DNA of 52,634 bases, the filler included, from Porpidia crustulata (taxonomy: Eukaryota), in the NCBI GenBank assembly GCA_964255105.1. It is 2 parts of 2 records of this genome, joined end to end, with 100 filler letters (N's around TTAATTAATTAA, not from the genome) between each part and the next. Parts side by side here need not be neighbours in the genome. Positions count along the whole stretch, not along the records: positions 1 to 26,389 come from CAXUWE010000037.1; 1 more part is not named here. One strand, 5' to 3'. The notes under the pieces were generated by a model. The model had not been told where the DNA came from. It saw only the letters and a list, made by a program, of their open reading frames with translations, and ran no database searches. Position 1 is the first letter of the stretch. Every line of letters starts with the position of its first letter. The position numbers and the translations under genes are program-made. Below, piece by piece: positions 11,031 to 22,729 of the stretch.

Positions 11031-14000
11031 GATTTTTTGCGTCACATATTCAATAATCTTCCAGCAACGGGGCGTCCGGTAGTAGTCTGATTCGTAGGAG
11101 AAAAGAAGATGTATCATAAAGTGATCGTGTTTAAAAACTGAGAATCGCACGACGACGATGAAGCTCGACTTCATTAAGGAAATAGCCTTCGTCTTTGGAG
11201 TCATACATTTCGTTAGCCCAACCGGCGGTTCAGGATCACAATTGTAGTGTCGCTTGTCTCATACTCTAGACTGATCTCATATCTGGGGATTATCGCCGAA
11301 CTCTTCATCCCAACCCAGTCCCTGAGCATCTCTTTACGTTGACTGATATTGAAACTCGGCTGACAACGCCAAATACGGCGGGCTCGGATCCAGTATTACG
11401 GTCAAGACTTGACAGAGTTCTTTAAGTTCCGGGTACTGAATCCTCCTGTTGAGATTGCTTTCGTGGTGAGGGGGAAAGAACGTTTTAATCTTGTTGCTAA
11501 CGGATTTTCCGATGAGCTCTTCAATCATGTTAAACGGCATTTCGAGCAGATTGCAACACCGCGCAGCAACCTTTGCAGCCTTGAAGAGTAATTTCTGCAT
11601 TTTACTTCGGCATTGGCGAAGAATCTAAGTCTCATCAACCCCCCTTAAGCATTTGTGACTAAGAATTAGTCCATGTTTTTTCTATATTATTAAACTTATA
11701 ATGAATTGGGAACGAAATGAGTAGTTCTGGTCCAGCTTTAACTCTCCCTCTAGTACTCCTTAGATAAAGTTGAAGTAGTTCGCAGTAAATCTTCCAGAAC
11801 CTCATGGTAGTCTTATAAAGATCCGACACTGCTTGAAACTGTCCCACATTCTCCGAAAAGAATGGCGTCTGTAGCTGCGTTGATAATGGAGCCGTCTAAG
11901 TATGAAAATCTTATCTAAGAAAGACACGAGGGTCTTCGTATCCCGAACACATCCTATCTGAAAGTCTTTGCTGAGATAGTTTTGATCATTGATAACCGCT
12001 CATCGATTCTCAGCAATGGGTATGTTCTACTTAATTATATCGACGACGTACGGCTTTTGCTGTCGTTAACCCTTCATAGTATCAAGATCGTTTCTGAAAT
12101 AAGGAAGAAGATGTTTGGACTTGTGTCAACGGACAGGCGTATTGTGGCGATGAGAACGACATGTCGAGAATTGTAGACGTCCGAATGTCAATAAACACAT
12201 TGTAATCTTTCTGAGAATGCTTTATCTTTTGTTCGAAGCCCATGATTGAGCCATAAAGGTGTTGCAGTACCGGATCTGGTCTTTACTGTATTAAGTCGCT
12301 TTTAAAGCCAAGATTTTAATATCTTTTCATTATTGAACACTGAGATCTCGTAGCATTTTCAAGATCGCGAACTTTGAGACGTCTTGATAGAATATTGAAA
12401 CGTGCGCATCAATTTAAAGCCACAAGACGAGAACGTAAATGTAATCCACATCGGAATGCGTGAACTACCAAGTCAATGCTGACTAGACTGTCTTCTGCAG
12501 CGTTTGAGGAAGTTTTGATATTCGCTGATTGACATGGACTAGGTGCTGGGGGAAAAAGAAGTTAATCAAGTTGCTGGACATAGAGCATAATAATGGAGCT
12601 GGACACCATGTCTACAGTTGGATACCTGAACTAGTGATTGATATTTAAGGCACGATGAGCGTTTCTTATGTGGCTGGGTAAGTGCAAAACTATTGCGGAA
12701 TATTCGGCATATTAGTCAAAGTACTCAGGTTTACTATCCTGAGAGATATCCTCTACTGCTGTATGGTAGGACAAGGGTGAGCTCGATCGGGCTCGTTGGT
12801 CGTCATCTCCAATACCTGTGAGAGCAGATCTGATGAACACCAGAATAGTGCCAACTTGCTTTCACCATAGATTCCTCGCTGGCAATACCGGCAGAGCAGA
12901 CGTTTGTGTTTTCTCTGGTTTAGTCTTTCGTCTCCGCGGCTTCCATTTTTATTTCTTCGTGCGTCAGTCAGAACTTTTATGATTCTATTATCAAGTCTTT
13001 TGTAATATTTTAATGAGTCATTGAACGACTAGATAGTATTTCGAATAGCATATCACTCGAACCCCTCGAAGAGACATTTGACATCCTTGACTTTGTTCAA
13101 ATTAACAAGCCGAATGTCACTGAACGTCGCTGAAACCTTTTGCTTTCGACGTCAGCACGAAGACCCTTATATACCGTATTGACTTCGGCTTCGTGATCGT
13201 CGTGAACAGTTTTTAGTATTATCCGTTCTTGATATGCAGCGAAATTACAATCTTGACAAGTCGTGTCAGACGGTCTTAGAGACAAAATGGAGACAGCCGA
13301 CGTGGCAGGATTTTGTGATATGTGTTCAATTCTTTGCAGATATCTTCGGTATAGCCTGAGGAATCAACTTTCCTAAAGCTGACCAAGGTGCGTATAGAAT
13401 GAATGTCGAGATTTGTGGTATTTAGCTAACGAGTAGTATCAAGTATTTTACACCAAGCCGGAGAATTACTCGACGTCGCGTTCGTCAATTCTATAGTATT
13501 GAGATCCTATCACTTTGTTGAATGAAGTCTGGCGTTGACTCCTGTGCGTAAGATGACCCGTTTGAAGCCCATAAAGGTCTGGATTCTTGATAATGTAAAG
13601 CCGATAAGTTATTGCCAGCTGCCGCAACCATGAAAAACAGGCCGCAGAGAACTTAGTGGTCTCTCACTTTCAAAGGCCGAAAGAATTCGTTGAGCTGGCT
13701 CGACGTTCTCCCGCGGTCAAGAGGAAAACGAAGATCTTACCAGATATTGACCGGATAGTGTTCTCACAGGAAAGAGGGGTCTGGTGAAAGAAAGTTATGT
13801 CAAACATGATATCGGCTTCAAACCGGACCCACAACTTGGCGTGCGATCAAAAGTAGAGAAGATAAACGAAGCCGAATGTGATTATTCCGCACAAGTATGT
13901 TGAGAGACGAATATAATCCTTCTCCATTGATTCGCAAGTAATACGAAGAGATACTTTCATTCTAAGTCCTCGACTCTTTATCGTCTGATTTGCGTTGATT

Positions 14001-14519
14001 CGAAGTAGCACGTCTATGTCACCTTTCGATAATGAATCGAATTCAGTCGATTCTTTCAAGCATCCCATTCGTGTGCTTGCACTGTCTGTCAGTTATATAT
14101 AATCGATTAGTGACCTTCGACCATTTACGGGCCGATTGGCCTTATTTCGAATCGAAGCGCATTGACGATCTTTCGACAGTGAGGCGAGTTGTAAAGTTTG
14201 AAATACTGAAGACAATCCTTGCTGTGTGCTGATTTGGGGACGACAGACAGAGTCATAGTCCTTGGATCGAACGTGCTGCTATATATGAAGGATTCTCGTC
14301 TTTTGCGAGCTAATGCTGTCGCATGTCGTTCATTTGCTTATTTCTGTGGCTGGTTTATATTACTGCTGAACAGTGCTACACTGTTATCGTGTGCTGCTGT
14401 TAATGAGCCACTGTCGTCCTTTGCGTGCTAATGCCGCTTCATGTCACTCGTTCAGAGGCGTAGCGCTCCTTTAGCCAACCCGATAAGGTAGTCTGGATCC
14501 TCTTCGCATTGCACGTACT

Positions 14520-15465
14520 AGATATTAGTCAACCCATGCTTCAACGAGCTTTGCCGCGGTTGTGTTCCAATCCTTCTCTATCACGATTCTTTGCTCCACC
14601 ACAAAGTCTCATTCTTAAATCCTTGCAATTCACGATCCTCAAGTCTAAGCTACATTTGACTCTCTCGGGACCCACTCTATACTCTGGCGATCTAACGGAC
14701 ACGCGCAATCCGCCTTTCGAATTTGAATCCATCGATTGTTTCCACTTTAGAAGTATAAGATCATTAGAAAAGCAGGTCACGATGAAGGAGAATACTAACC
14801 TCGAGTAAACGCTTGGAATGGAATTTGTGAAAGCGCTGCCCTAACGATATCGTTTAAGTCTCTTTCCATGGCGCATATTTAGGATAGTCGAAATCGGCGC
14901 TCAATCCTCTATAGTAGATTTCTTCGACATTTGCAAAGTAATGGCATTGTATTGACTGAAGACAGAAAGCCCGCAGCCCAAGTACTGAGTCTCTCGACAC
15001 ACAGTGTCGCTTTTTACATCCTTCCAGGCGCTCCAAAAATTAGAGTTCTATCGACACATTGAGTTGAATAGTAGATTCCAGGTAGTTTGGGTCGATGCGA
15101 AGCGTTTGATCTTGTAGGCCTCGCGCAAGGTTATTATGTAAGACATTGTTGAACAGATCAAAATTCGCAAGATGCCATAATATCGTTACAAAACAATAAG
15201 AACTTCGTTCTTGACGAGGCAGAATCCCGAAGGCGCCACACTCCTCAATGCGAAGGCAAGTCATTCGCCGCTGACACTTGATAATGGCACAAGAGATGCA
15301 ATCGGAGTTTTTTGGCGCCTTCGGCGAATCGTTTATGGTGAAAATTGGGAAGAAGTTGACTCGCACGGTAAATAGGGTGCGAGAGGTCAAGAAGGTATGG
15401 ATCTTCTCGATCATGGGTCCTAAGAGCTTGGATCGTGGAAGGGCTTTTCTGAGCCGCACGCATCT
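14520..15465 (-). pseudogene. Intron-containing degenerate gene remnant of unknown function
   Basis: Protein-like frames (IQALRTHDREDPYLLDLSHPIYRASQLLPNFHHKRFAEGAKKLRLHLL; MERDLNDIVRAALSQIPFQAFTR) are followed by an intron-like GTTAGT...CTAAT...AAG segment (~14800-14746) and a stop-riddled continuation VETIDGFKFERRIARVR*. Confidence 0.35.
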
Positions 15466-16221
15466 TTTCTATTTCATTGTTTAAAAGAAACACTAATGAG
15501 ATACAAAGTATTGAGGGGGAAGATGAACATGTATACATATATATAAGGTAGACAAGACTTGATACTATTATGAGTCGGGTCAAAGCCCTGCTTAGACTGG
15601 GAGAAAATGCTTGTTGCAGCGTGATCATGTTGTAGAAAGGACGGAGCATTGGAAGAGGAAAGTTGCTTATATAGTGCCAGATGAAGAACGACAGACGCTA
15701 AGCAGGATGAATTCGGCTTTATGCTACTTCCCAACGACATTCATATTTGATGAATTGAAGTGGGGTAAAGAACAGTGCAAACAAGGTGAAGGTGTCTTCA
15801 ATGAGGTGGAAGAGCTCTACGGAGGTGTATGAAGAAGAGGATGCACGGATTACTCGACAATTAGGGGCTATGGCCTGCTGGTGATATCAGTGGTGCTCTG
15901 TCAACCTAAGATAGTCAGATTCAGCCAAACTCTCAGCGTCTATGATCCAGAAACATTGTCGTTAGCTAAAGAGGTAAATAACATGTGTCGAGCAGTGTGT
16001 AATTTGATGGTTTCGTATAAGGGGATCAATTGGTCCAATTGCGAGGCATCTCAATTTCTGGGCCTTTGTCTCCCATGTACAGCCTGCCTTTCTTGGTGAT
16101 CGATAGTATGCGTAGCCTGATTGTGGTTGCTAATAATATGTAATTCTTATCAAGCAGGACAGAGTCCTTGATAAACAATGGGGTATGTACAATAATTCCG
16201 GATAGGTACGGTAAAGCACAT

Positions 16222-18326
16222 TCACCTATTCCACAGTAGCCAGGTATACCAAAGTAATACAACGCTTGCCACTTGATAAAAACTCATTTTGAAAGCCTGG
16301 AAAAAGATCCATATGCGTCCTCGTCTTCTTTTCGTTCGGTCATCAGGCACAATGTCATTCGAGTTCTTCTTGCGTGCGTTCCCATCTCGAAACACGTCGT
16401 ACTTATCCTCGCTCAATGGATTCGATTGTGGCAGTGGAAGCCCATATCCAACGGAAGGACTCACGCTCCTCGTTCGCGCAGCGGATGACCTTGCCGCGAG
16501 GCCATTGTGAGAAGAAGGATCGGGAGATCGAGCAGATGCAGACCTCATCTCGTGTGGTGGTGGCGATGCTATTGGTCGTACAACAGGCAATAGGGGCGTA
16601 TCAGGTTCTTTCGAGTCGTACTTTGAGCTATACGTTAGTCTAAGAGCGCGGACAAAAAGCACGAGTCCCGTGAATCCTAAGAAGAGACCATATCGTATGA
16701 ATATGGAGAGTTGATCCGGTAATAGGCAGAGGTGGCTCTGGAGCGTTTTCCCCTTTGCTGAGCCCCCAATCCGATTACCCTCTGCGTCCAGTGGATTCCA
16801 CAGGCTTACCATCAGGAATCCTGGTTTTCGAACACCCATAGCCCAGGACATGGACTTCACAGTGATCTCCCGAATACCTCCATTCCTTGAACTAAAACCT
16901 CGATGAACAACTTCACAATAGTCATGATCATCGCCGGAGAAGACATGTTCTATATCTCCGATTTTATCAACAAGCTCGTTGGAAACAGAAGGAGTTAGAA
17001 CATTCTGGTACTGGATTCCAGCTTCTACCCTAATTGCATTTCTATCGTCCTTTTCTAATGGTTCGTACGGCGCTTTGTCGGACTTTGTAGGTGGATATCG
17101 CTCCCGCAATAGTCCACAAGGTGTTCCAGAACTCCTATAAAGCGGCACATGCGTCAGGAGAATAGATGGTATGTCTGTGCTTGAAGCCACATTGCCTATT
17201 TTCTTTGCCTGACGTAGGACAGGGTCGTCAATCTCGAGAACAGTATGGTCTAGCTCTTCGTTCATGTTCTTGCCGGCTTGCACTCGCAATTCTCGAATGA
17301 TTGCGCGCGCCTTCTCAGCTTTGGCCTGAGAGAGGAAGTCCTCAGCAGGCCCCCAGATCTGTCTAGTCAATTCATTCCCGTCAGTCGATCCCATCTGGCC
17401 GGTAGTTGGATCTGCTTGACCCTTGGCGCTGAGTGACACGGTATCCACAGAAACGACGCTGTGATTTCCAATAATATCGACGCGGTTTCCGCCTCCAAAA
17501 TATGCGTTGAATCTTTTCCTGACTGGCAGCCGGATTCCAGTTCCCAGCCCAAGATCGTGGTTTCCTGGAAGGGTAACTATCATCTTTCGAGCTGTCTTCC
17601 CTTGCCTTTTTACCCGAGTACCATGTATCCATGATTTGAAGAAAATGCGGCCAAAACGATCGTATTCTCTCAGCCAGAAATTATCCCCATAATTTTTCCA
17701 TTGCCTATCTGATATATCACCGCCGCGAGTAGCCCATTCCCGTCCACCATCGAATAAGTCACCGAGAAATATAGTTGTATCAGGATCTAGGATGTCCTGG
17801 ACGAATTGGAAAGACTTTCGAAGGTACAGGTCAGTGTACTTGACGGTCGCTGTAGACAAAGGCCATGGTCGGCTCGGGTAGGTGTGAGGATCTACAAGTT
17901 GAGGGTCGGCGAGAAGGACCACATGGTGTGGATTTGCGTCGGGGGGCTGCCAGCTATATTAACAAGGACTATCACAGCGCACAGTGACTCTGCGGGGCCT
18001 ACCCAGCTTTCCCAATTTGGCCATGCGCAGGCCTTCACGCTACCTGTGAATGCCGCTTCCTCGCCCCACCATAGTAAGAACATCCACAGTATGACAAGTC
18101 CGAGTCTAACATCCAAGAATGATCGCAAATCCCATGCCTTTCGTGCCGAATGCGACCGTCCATTCTTTGCGCCTTGTGGGAAAGCTCCACTAGATCGAGC
18201 TTGTTGGTTAGGAACGTATTTGCCAAATGCCGGCGGTAGCCCCTCGAAAATTTGGTCGCCTAGACTCTCTGATTTATGCGAATGACTGAGCGAGGGTTGG
18301 GAGCCATGGCGAAAGAACGAGGTCAT
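16222..18326 (-). CDS. CDC1: Cdc1/PGAP5-like calcineurin-type metallophosphoesterase (GPI-anchor remodelling); exons 18326-18003 and 17946-16222
   Basis: Motifs LADPQLVDPHTYP, FLGDLFDGGREW, LPGNHDLG, LLTHVPLYR, FSGDDHDYC and EITVKSMSWAMG; N-terminal TM helix followed by the C-x-W-x-x-W-E-x-W motif; GT-AG intron restores the frame. Confidence 0.95.
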
Positions 18327-18758
18327 CGTAAAGCAGTGGGTGAATGTAATCGATAGGACATTGTGCGGGCGCGTGGCAATTTAATGACCACGACACAATT
18401 ATAAGTCGCGGAAATTTGGAACCAGCAAGCAAATTTGTAATCCTCTCCGCTGCTGCGTCGTTTACCGGTAGGTTCAAGAGATCCTGTACAAGGGGCGAAG
18501 GTGTCATTTAAATAAATTAATGAAGATACAGGGTTGCGACCGGACAAGAGGTGGCCCAGACCGTGTCGTGACCACTGGTCGCCCTTTGTTTCCTCCAGAC
18601 CAAGGTGTCTACTCGCTACAAACTTCAGAATGACCGTTGTAGAAACCAGTTTTAATGTAGTTATTGCCAATAATTATGCATGATTGTCTAAATGCCAAGT
18701 GTACACAGAATGCCAGAGGTATCTATCTAATCCGGCTTCCAAGCTTCGTTTTAATTCA

Positions 18759-20682
18759 TCAATGAGAATGGTTATGTTCGTCATGAGTATCAGCCTCGAC
18801 TGAACTTGGTGCACAGCATTGATCGCCTTCGTCGCACTCATCGCCGCAGTCTAGTAGGCAGGTCTCTGGCTCACTACGCAAGCTTGTGGCTTTACTACCG
18901 TGCTTGCTTGCTTTTCTGTTATCATGGTCTGAACCTTCGTTTTCTGAAACGTGACGATGGTTGATGTCTAGACAGAACTCAGGTTGTATGGTTGAAGAAT
19001 GGATTCCATATTCGTGCATGCAACGGCGGATCGCTCGAGCAAGCTGCATATATCGTGCGGACCCTTCTCCCTTGAAGTCATATTCCAGCTGAACATGGAG
19101 GGAGGCTACGACTTTGGAATCACTCAACTGCCAGACATGTAGATGATGACAGCTAAGGATCCCAGGGAGCTCCTCAATATCTTCTTTGATATCATCAACA
19201 CTGATGCCCGGGGGGACTGCCTGGAGCAGGATTCGAGAGGCTGCCTGGCACAAAGGTATAGCAGATCCTAGGATGATAATGGTGATAATGAGTGAGATGG
19301 CGGGATCAGTGTAGAATCTCCACGAGAATTTCGTGAGCCAAATGAAAAGGGCAGAGCCTATAACACCCAAATTCCCAAGAGCATCACCCATAACGTGGAG
19401 GAATACACCACGCATGTTTAGATCACCATGCGAATGCCCTCCTTTGCCTTCTTCTTTCGGTTGATTGTGTTTGTGATCGGCGTGCCACGAGTCATGGCGG
19501 TTGTCTTTATTAATATCTTGAGAAAGGGTTTGTGCTCCGAAGTGCTTGCTAGAGCCGTTGGTCCTGTTGTGACCGAGTAATGGTGACCCTTCTGTTGGAG
19601 CATCACCATCATCCTCCATCGCTTCAGAATCCGACCCAGTCCCCGATTCTATGTCGTCCAACCTACTGGCTGCGATAATGTCGTTCCTGAAACTCGCGGG
19701 ATGAAGCGGGATATCATCAGCGCTTGCAAATCTGGACCTTGATGCGCTTGTGTGTCGTCGGTGACGTTTGGTTATGCCACCAGTGCCTGATTGTTTCGTC
19801 GACAATGGCGATGTAGAATTTGTAGCAGTAGTATCGTCTTCATCGCTCTTTGAAAACGATTGCGATCCGCTCCGCTGGCGTTGACACTCACCTTTGGACG
19901 GACGACGTGCTTTTTCTGACTTCGGCCACTTTCTATTTGGAGTTTCAGGCAGCACATCTACCATAGTGCCGCCCTGGTTATCTGCCTGGTCTGTGATTGC
20001 ATCTGCACTTGTCGGTACACCATGGCTGTGGCCTTCCTCGGCAGTTGCGAGCTTGTTTGCATCCCCATGATTATGTCCATGCCCTCCTCCGTGACTGTGA
20101 CCATGTTCGTGGAATAGAAACAGCCCTAGGACATTGGACAAGAGGCCGAAGCAACCGACAATCAGCACTAAACGTGGGTTAGAAACCTCTTGAGGCTCGA
20201 AAAATCGCTGTATTGCTTCGAGAAATATTGAAAGACACAACGCAACAAGGAAGACTCCGTTGACCAAAGCTCCCAGAGTCTCAGCGCGTTGCCACTAGAG
20301 CGCTCTATCAGCTTTAATTTCATGTAATCGCAACAGTAGAAGCTCACCCCGTAAGTGTACATTGCTGAATTTGTCCTTTGGTTGGCAACCTTAACGGCCC
20401 ACAGCCCCACGCAGAGTGAAAGGACATCGTTGAGCTGAGAGATTCAAATGTGAGTATTTATATGCCATTGGTTTAGTCAAAGTAGCACACACCATGTGAA
20501 AAGAATCCGCAACCAGCGCGAGGGAGTGAACGGCCGAACCTGCGCAACGGTCAGCGCAAAATAACGATTGGTTTGCCGTGTGATTTCATAGATTTTTACA
20601 TACCAACTACAAGTTCCAAGAGAAAGAATGAAGTGTCTATTCCGAGCAATATCATAATCCGTGTCGATTTGGAGAGCCCCAT
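18759..20682 (-). CDS. ZRC1: Cation diffusion facilitator (CDF) zinc/cadmium/cobalt transporter, Zrc1/Cot1 family; 4 exons
   Basis: MGLSKSTRIMILLGIDTSFFLLELVV start, SLALVADSFHM, YTYG, RAETLGALVNGVFLVALC, His-rich loops, LNMRGVFLHVMGDALGN, HHLHVWQLS and IHSSTIQPEFC. Confidence 0.95.
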
Positions 20683-21827
20683 AGTTGCGCCAGGATGGTC
20701 GCCAAATGGCGTGCTCCTTTGGCTTTTATAGATAGTCTTCTGTGCAGCCAAAGAATATTAACCCTACCAGACCAGGAGGCGGGAAGGAGAAGATATTATG
20801 CCACAGAGATGATCGTGATGGTATGCCGCAAAGATGGTCGATAATGGAGCAAAATGATGAGAGTAAGGTAGTGAGGCTGTTTGTTGCACGTTTCACACCT
20901 CGCCACTACGTAATTGTGCAACTTTGGTCATGCCCAAACGATATGGTCCTTCATTCAAGTATCTAGAAGGTGCCACAACAATAGTTGTCCCATTACTATT
21001 ATTGTATCTTCGCACGATGTATCGCTTTTCATGTAGACAATCTGACGGTGCCTAAGTTTAACATCAATGCATTCGATGATACTCTAGAGACCCATTACAG
21101 GAAAGACATTCAATCGATCAACACAACTCAAGAAGCGTCATTTAGACCAGTGTTTAGTCCAATCATTTGCTACCTATATTGACAGTCTTTGTAGGTGTAG
21201 ATTATATACAGCGAGGAGGAAACCAGTGCTTTTATCCACCAGCCATCATCTTTATATTCTCGTTTGAGCCCACTCCTATTACCCCTCTGGTTCTTCCTCA
21301 ATGAAGCGAAGATAGTTCACTAGAAATGTTATGATTCAATAGATATCAGTATTTTTAGGCTAACAAGGGATATCGAGATGTGTGCTTCTCTACGGTCCTC
21401 TTGAGTATGGGTCCAGAATGCCGATGATCAGAACCATCTAAGGTAATGTCCTGCCCCCGAAAATACGGCTGGCTTATTCTCTGAAAGTGTCGAAGTACCA
21501 CCAGGATTGTTCGGCCACCATACCTACATAAGATACAACACGTTAATCAACATTGCCGTGCTCCTACTTCGGATATTGAGTATACCATCATAGGCATAGA
21601 CCACAGTAGTCGACTTTTTTAGTGGCACTTCGATAGCGAGGCACATGGACTAAGGGATAGGGGCGCAAGTAGTTGTCTCCAGAAATAGTCTCCAGACATA
21701 CTTGAGGCTTAGACGTTCCAACATGACGGAGCTTCTGCTGTTGTCTCCTTAACATTCATGGTTTAGGTCGACGCGACAACAGTGATTTGCGCAATCGGCC
21801 TGTGTAGTCCAACTCAGGCAAATGTCT

Positions 21828-22729
21828 TCACTTTTTCATGACATCTACGACGAGTATGGGCAGAAATATCGCGAATGTCACCTGATGTCCAGATCAGCGA
21901 TTTGTGCGAGCAAGAACGCGGAGGAGCGTACAATGAGAGTGATGAAAGCAACCATGCTAACCTCCCATCCACCGGCATGGACTTTCCCGCGCAGTATTGC
22001 ATTTTGCTGCCGCCAAAATCGATAGCACCCCAATGATATAACCAGCATAGCCGCGACGATGCAAGTTGACGCCAGCGGAATGCCCAGCGTAAAGAACCCT
22101 AACTCCTGGTTGGGGTTCACTGTATGCTGAAGCCTGAAGAGTTGGGCGATAACGATACCTACAATAGATAAAGCCAAGGAGGTTCTCAGATATCCAAGAT
22201 ATGTACGCTCAAGGGCTGAGTGCAATCATGTTAGTTCAACATTGAAAGACTTCAAAATACGTCTAAAGATGTGTATCCTAGAGGGTCTTAGAAGTAGATC
22301 TGGTGATCTTGATGTAGTTCGAATAGCTTTGAGATACATGTCATGTGCAACGTAAGAAGACGCAAGTATATTCAGGCAATAAAGGGGTCCGCAGCAAAAG
22401 ATCAGGAAAGAATATACCATTACAGCGTCAACGTATATCCCAACGACTATAAGGATGAAACACTTACCAAAGTGGTCTCTACATGCATCATGAGAGACGG
22501 TTGCCACAACGTGGCGCTTCCAGAATAATTTGATCGGGCTTCCCCTGGACCTAGGCTGGCTAGGAAGAGAATCGACAGCACCGCCATTTATATTGGCGCC
22601 CACAGAAGTTGCAGAGGGTGATGTCGTACGAGGATGGGATCCATGCTCGTAGACACGAAGCTCGGTAGCCTCAAGCTCTTCTGAATGGTTGTTGTATGCC
22701 TCTTCAGCATCGGGATCAGTTGCAGCCAT
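21828..22729 (-). CDS. DUF202 (YidH-like) small membrane protein; 3 exons (start may be 22747)
   Basis: RDHF|ALERTYLGYLRTSLALSIVGIVIAQLFRL is the DUF202 signature, with RFWRQQNAILRGKV downstream. Introns at 22467-22216 and ~21931-21882; last exon VTFAIFLPILVVDVMKK*. Confidence 0.88.

Larger units (their letters stand above)
2950..16000. other. Degenerate accessory island (~13 kb) of mutated gene fragments; possible relic of a large mobile element or segmental duplication; borders approximate
   Basis: No intact long ORF, lower GC than the flanking genes, and patchy GG/CC-depleted tracts. Protein-like reading frames are broken by stops and frameshifts, and recognisable remnants all lie on the - strand. 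Confidence 0.7.

Noticed and set aside
2950..16000. Calling the island a specific transposon (LTR/LINE/DDE/Starship captain) or endogenous virus
   Set aside because: No RT, integrase, transposase, tyrosine-recombinase or capsid motif, and no terminal repeats or TSD, could be recognised by eye.
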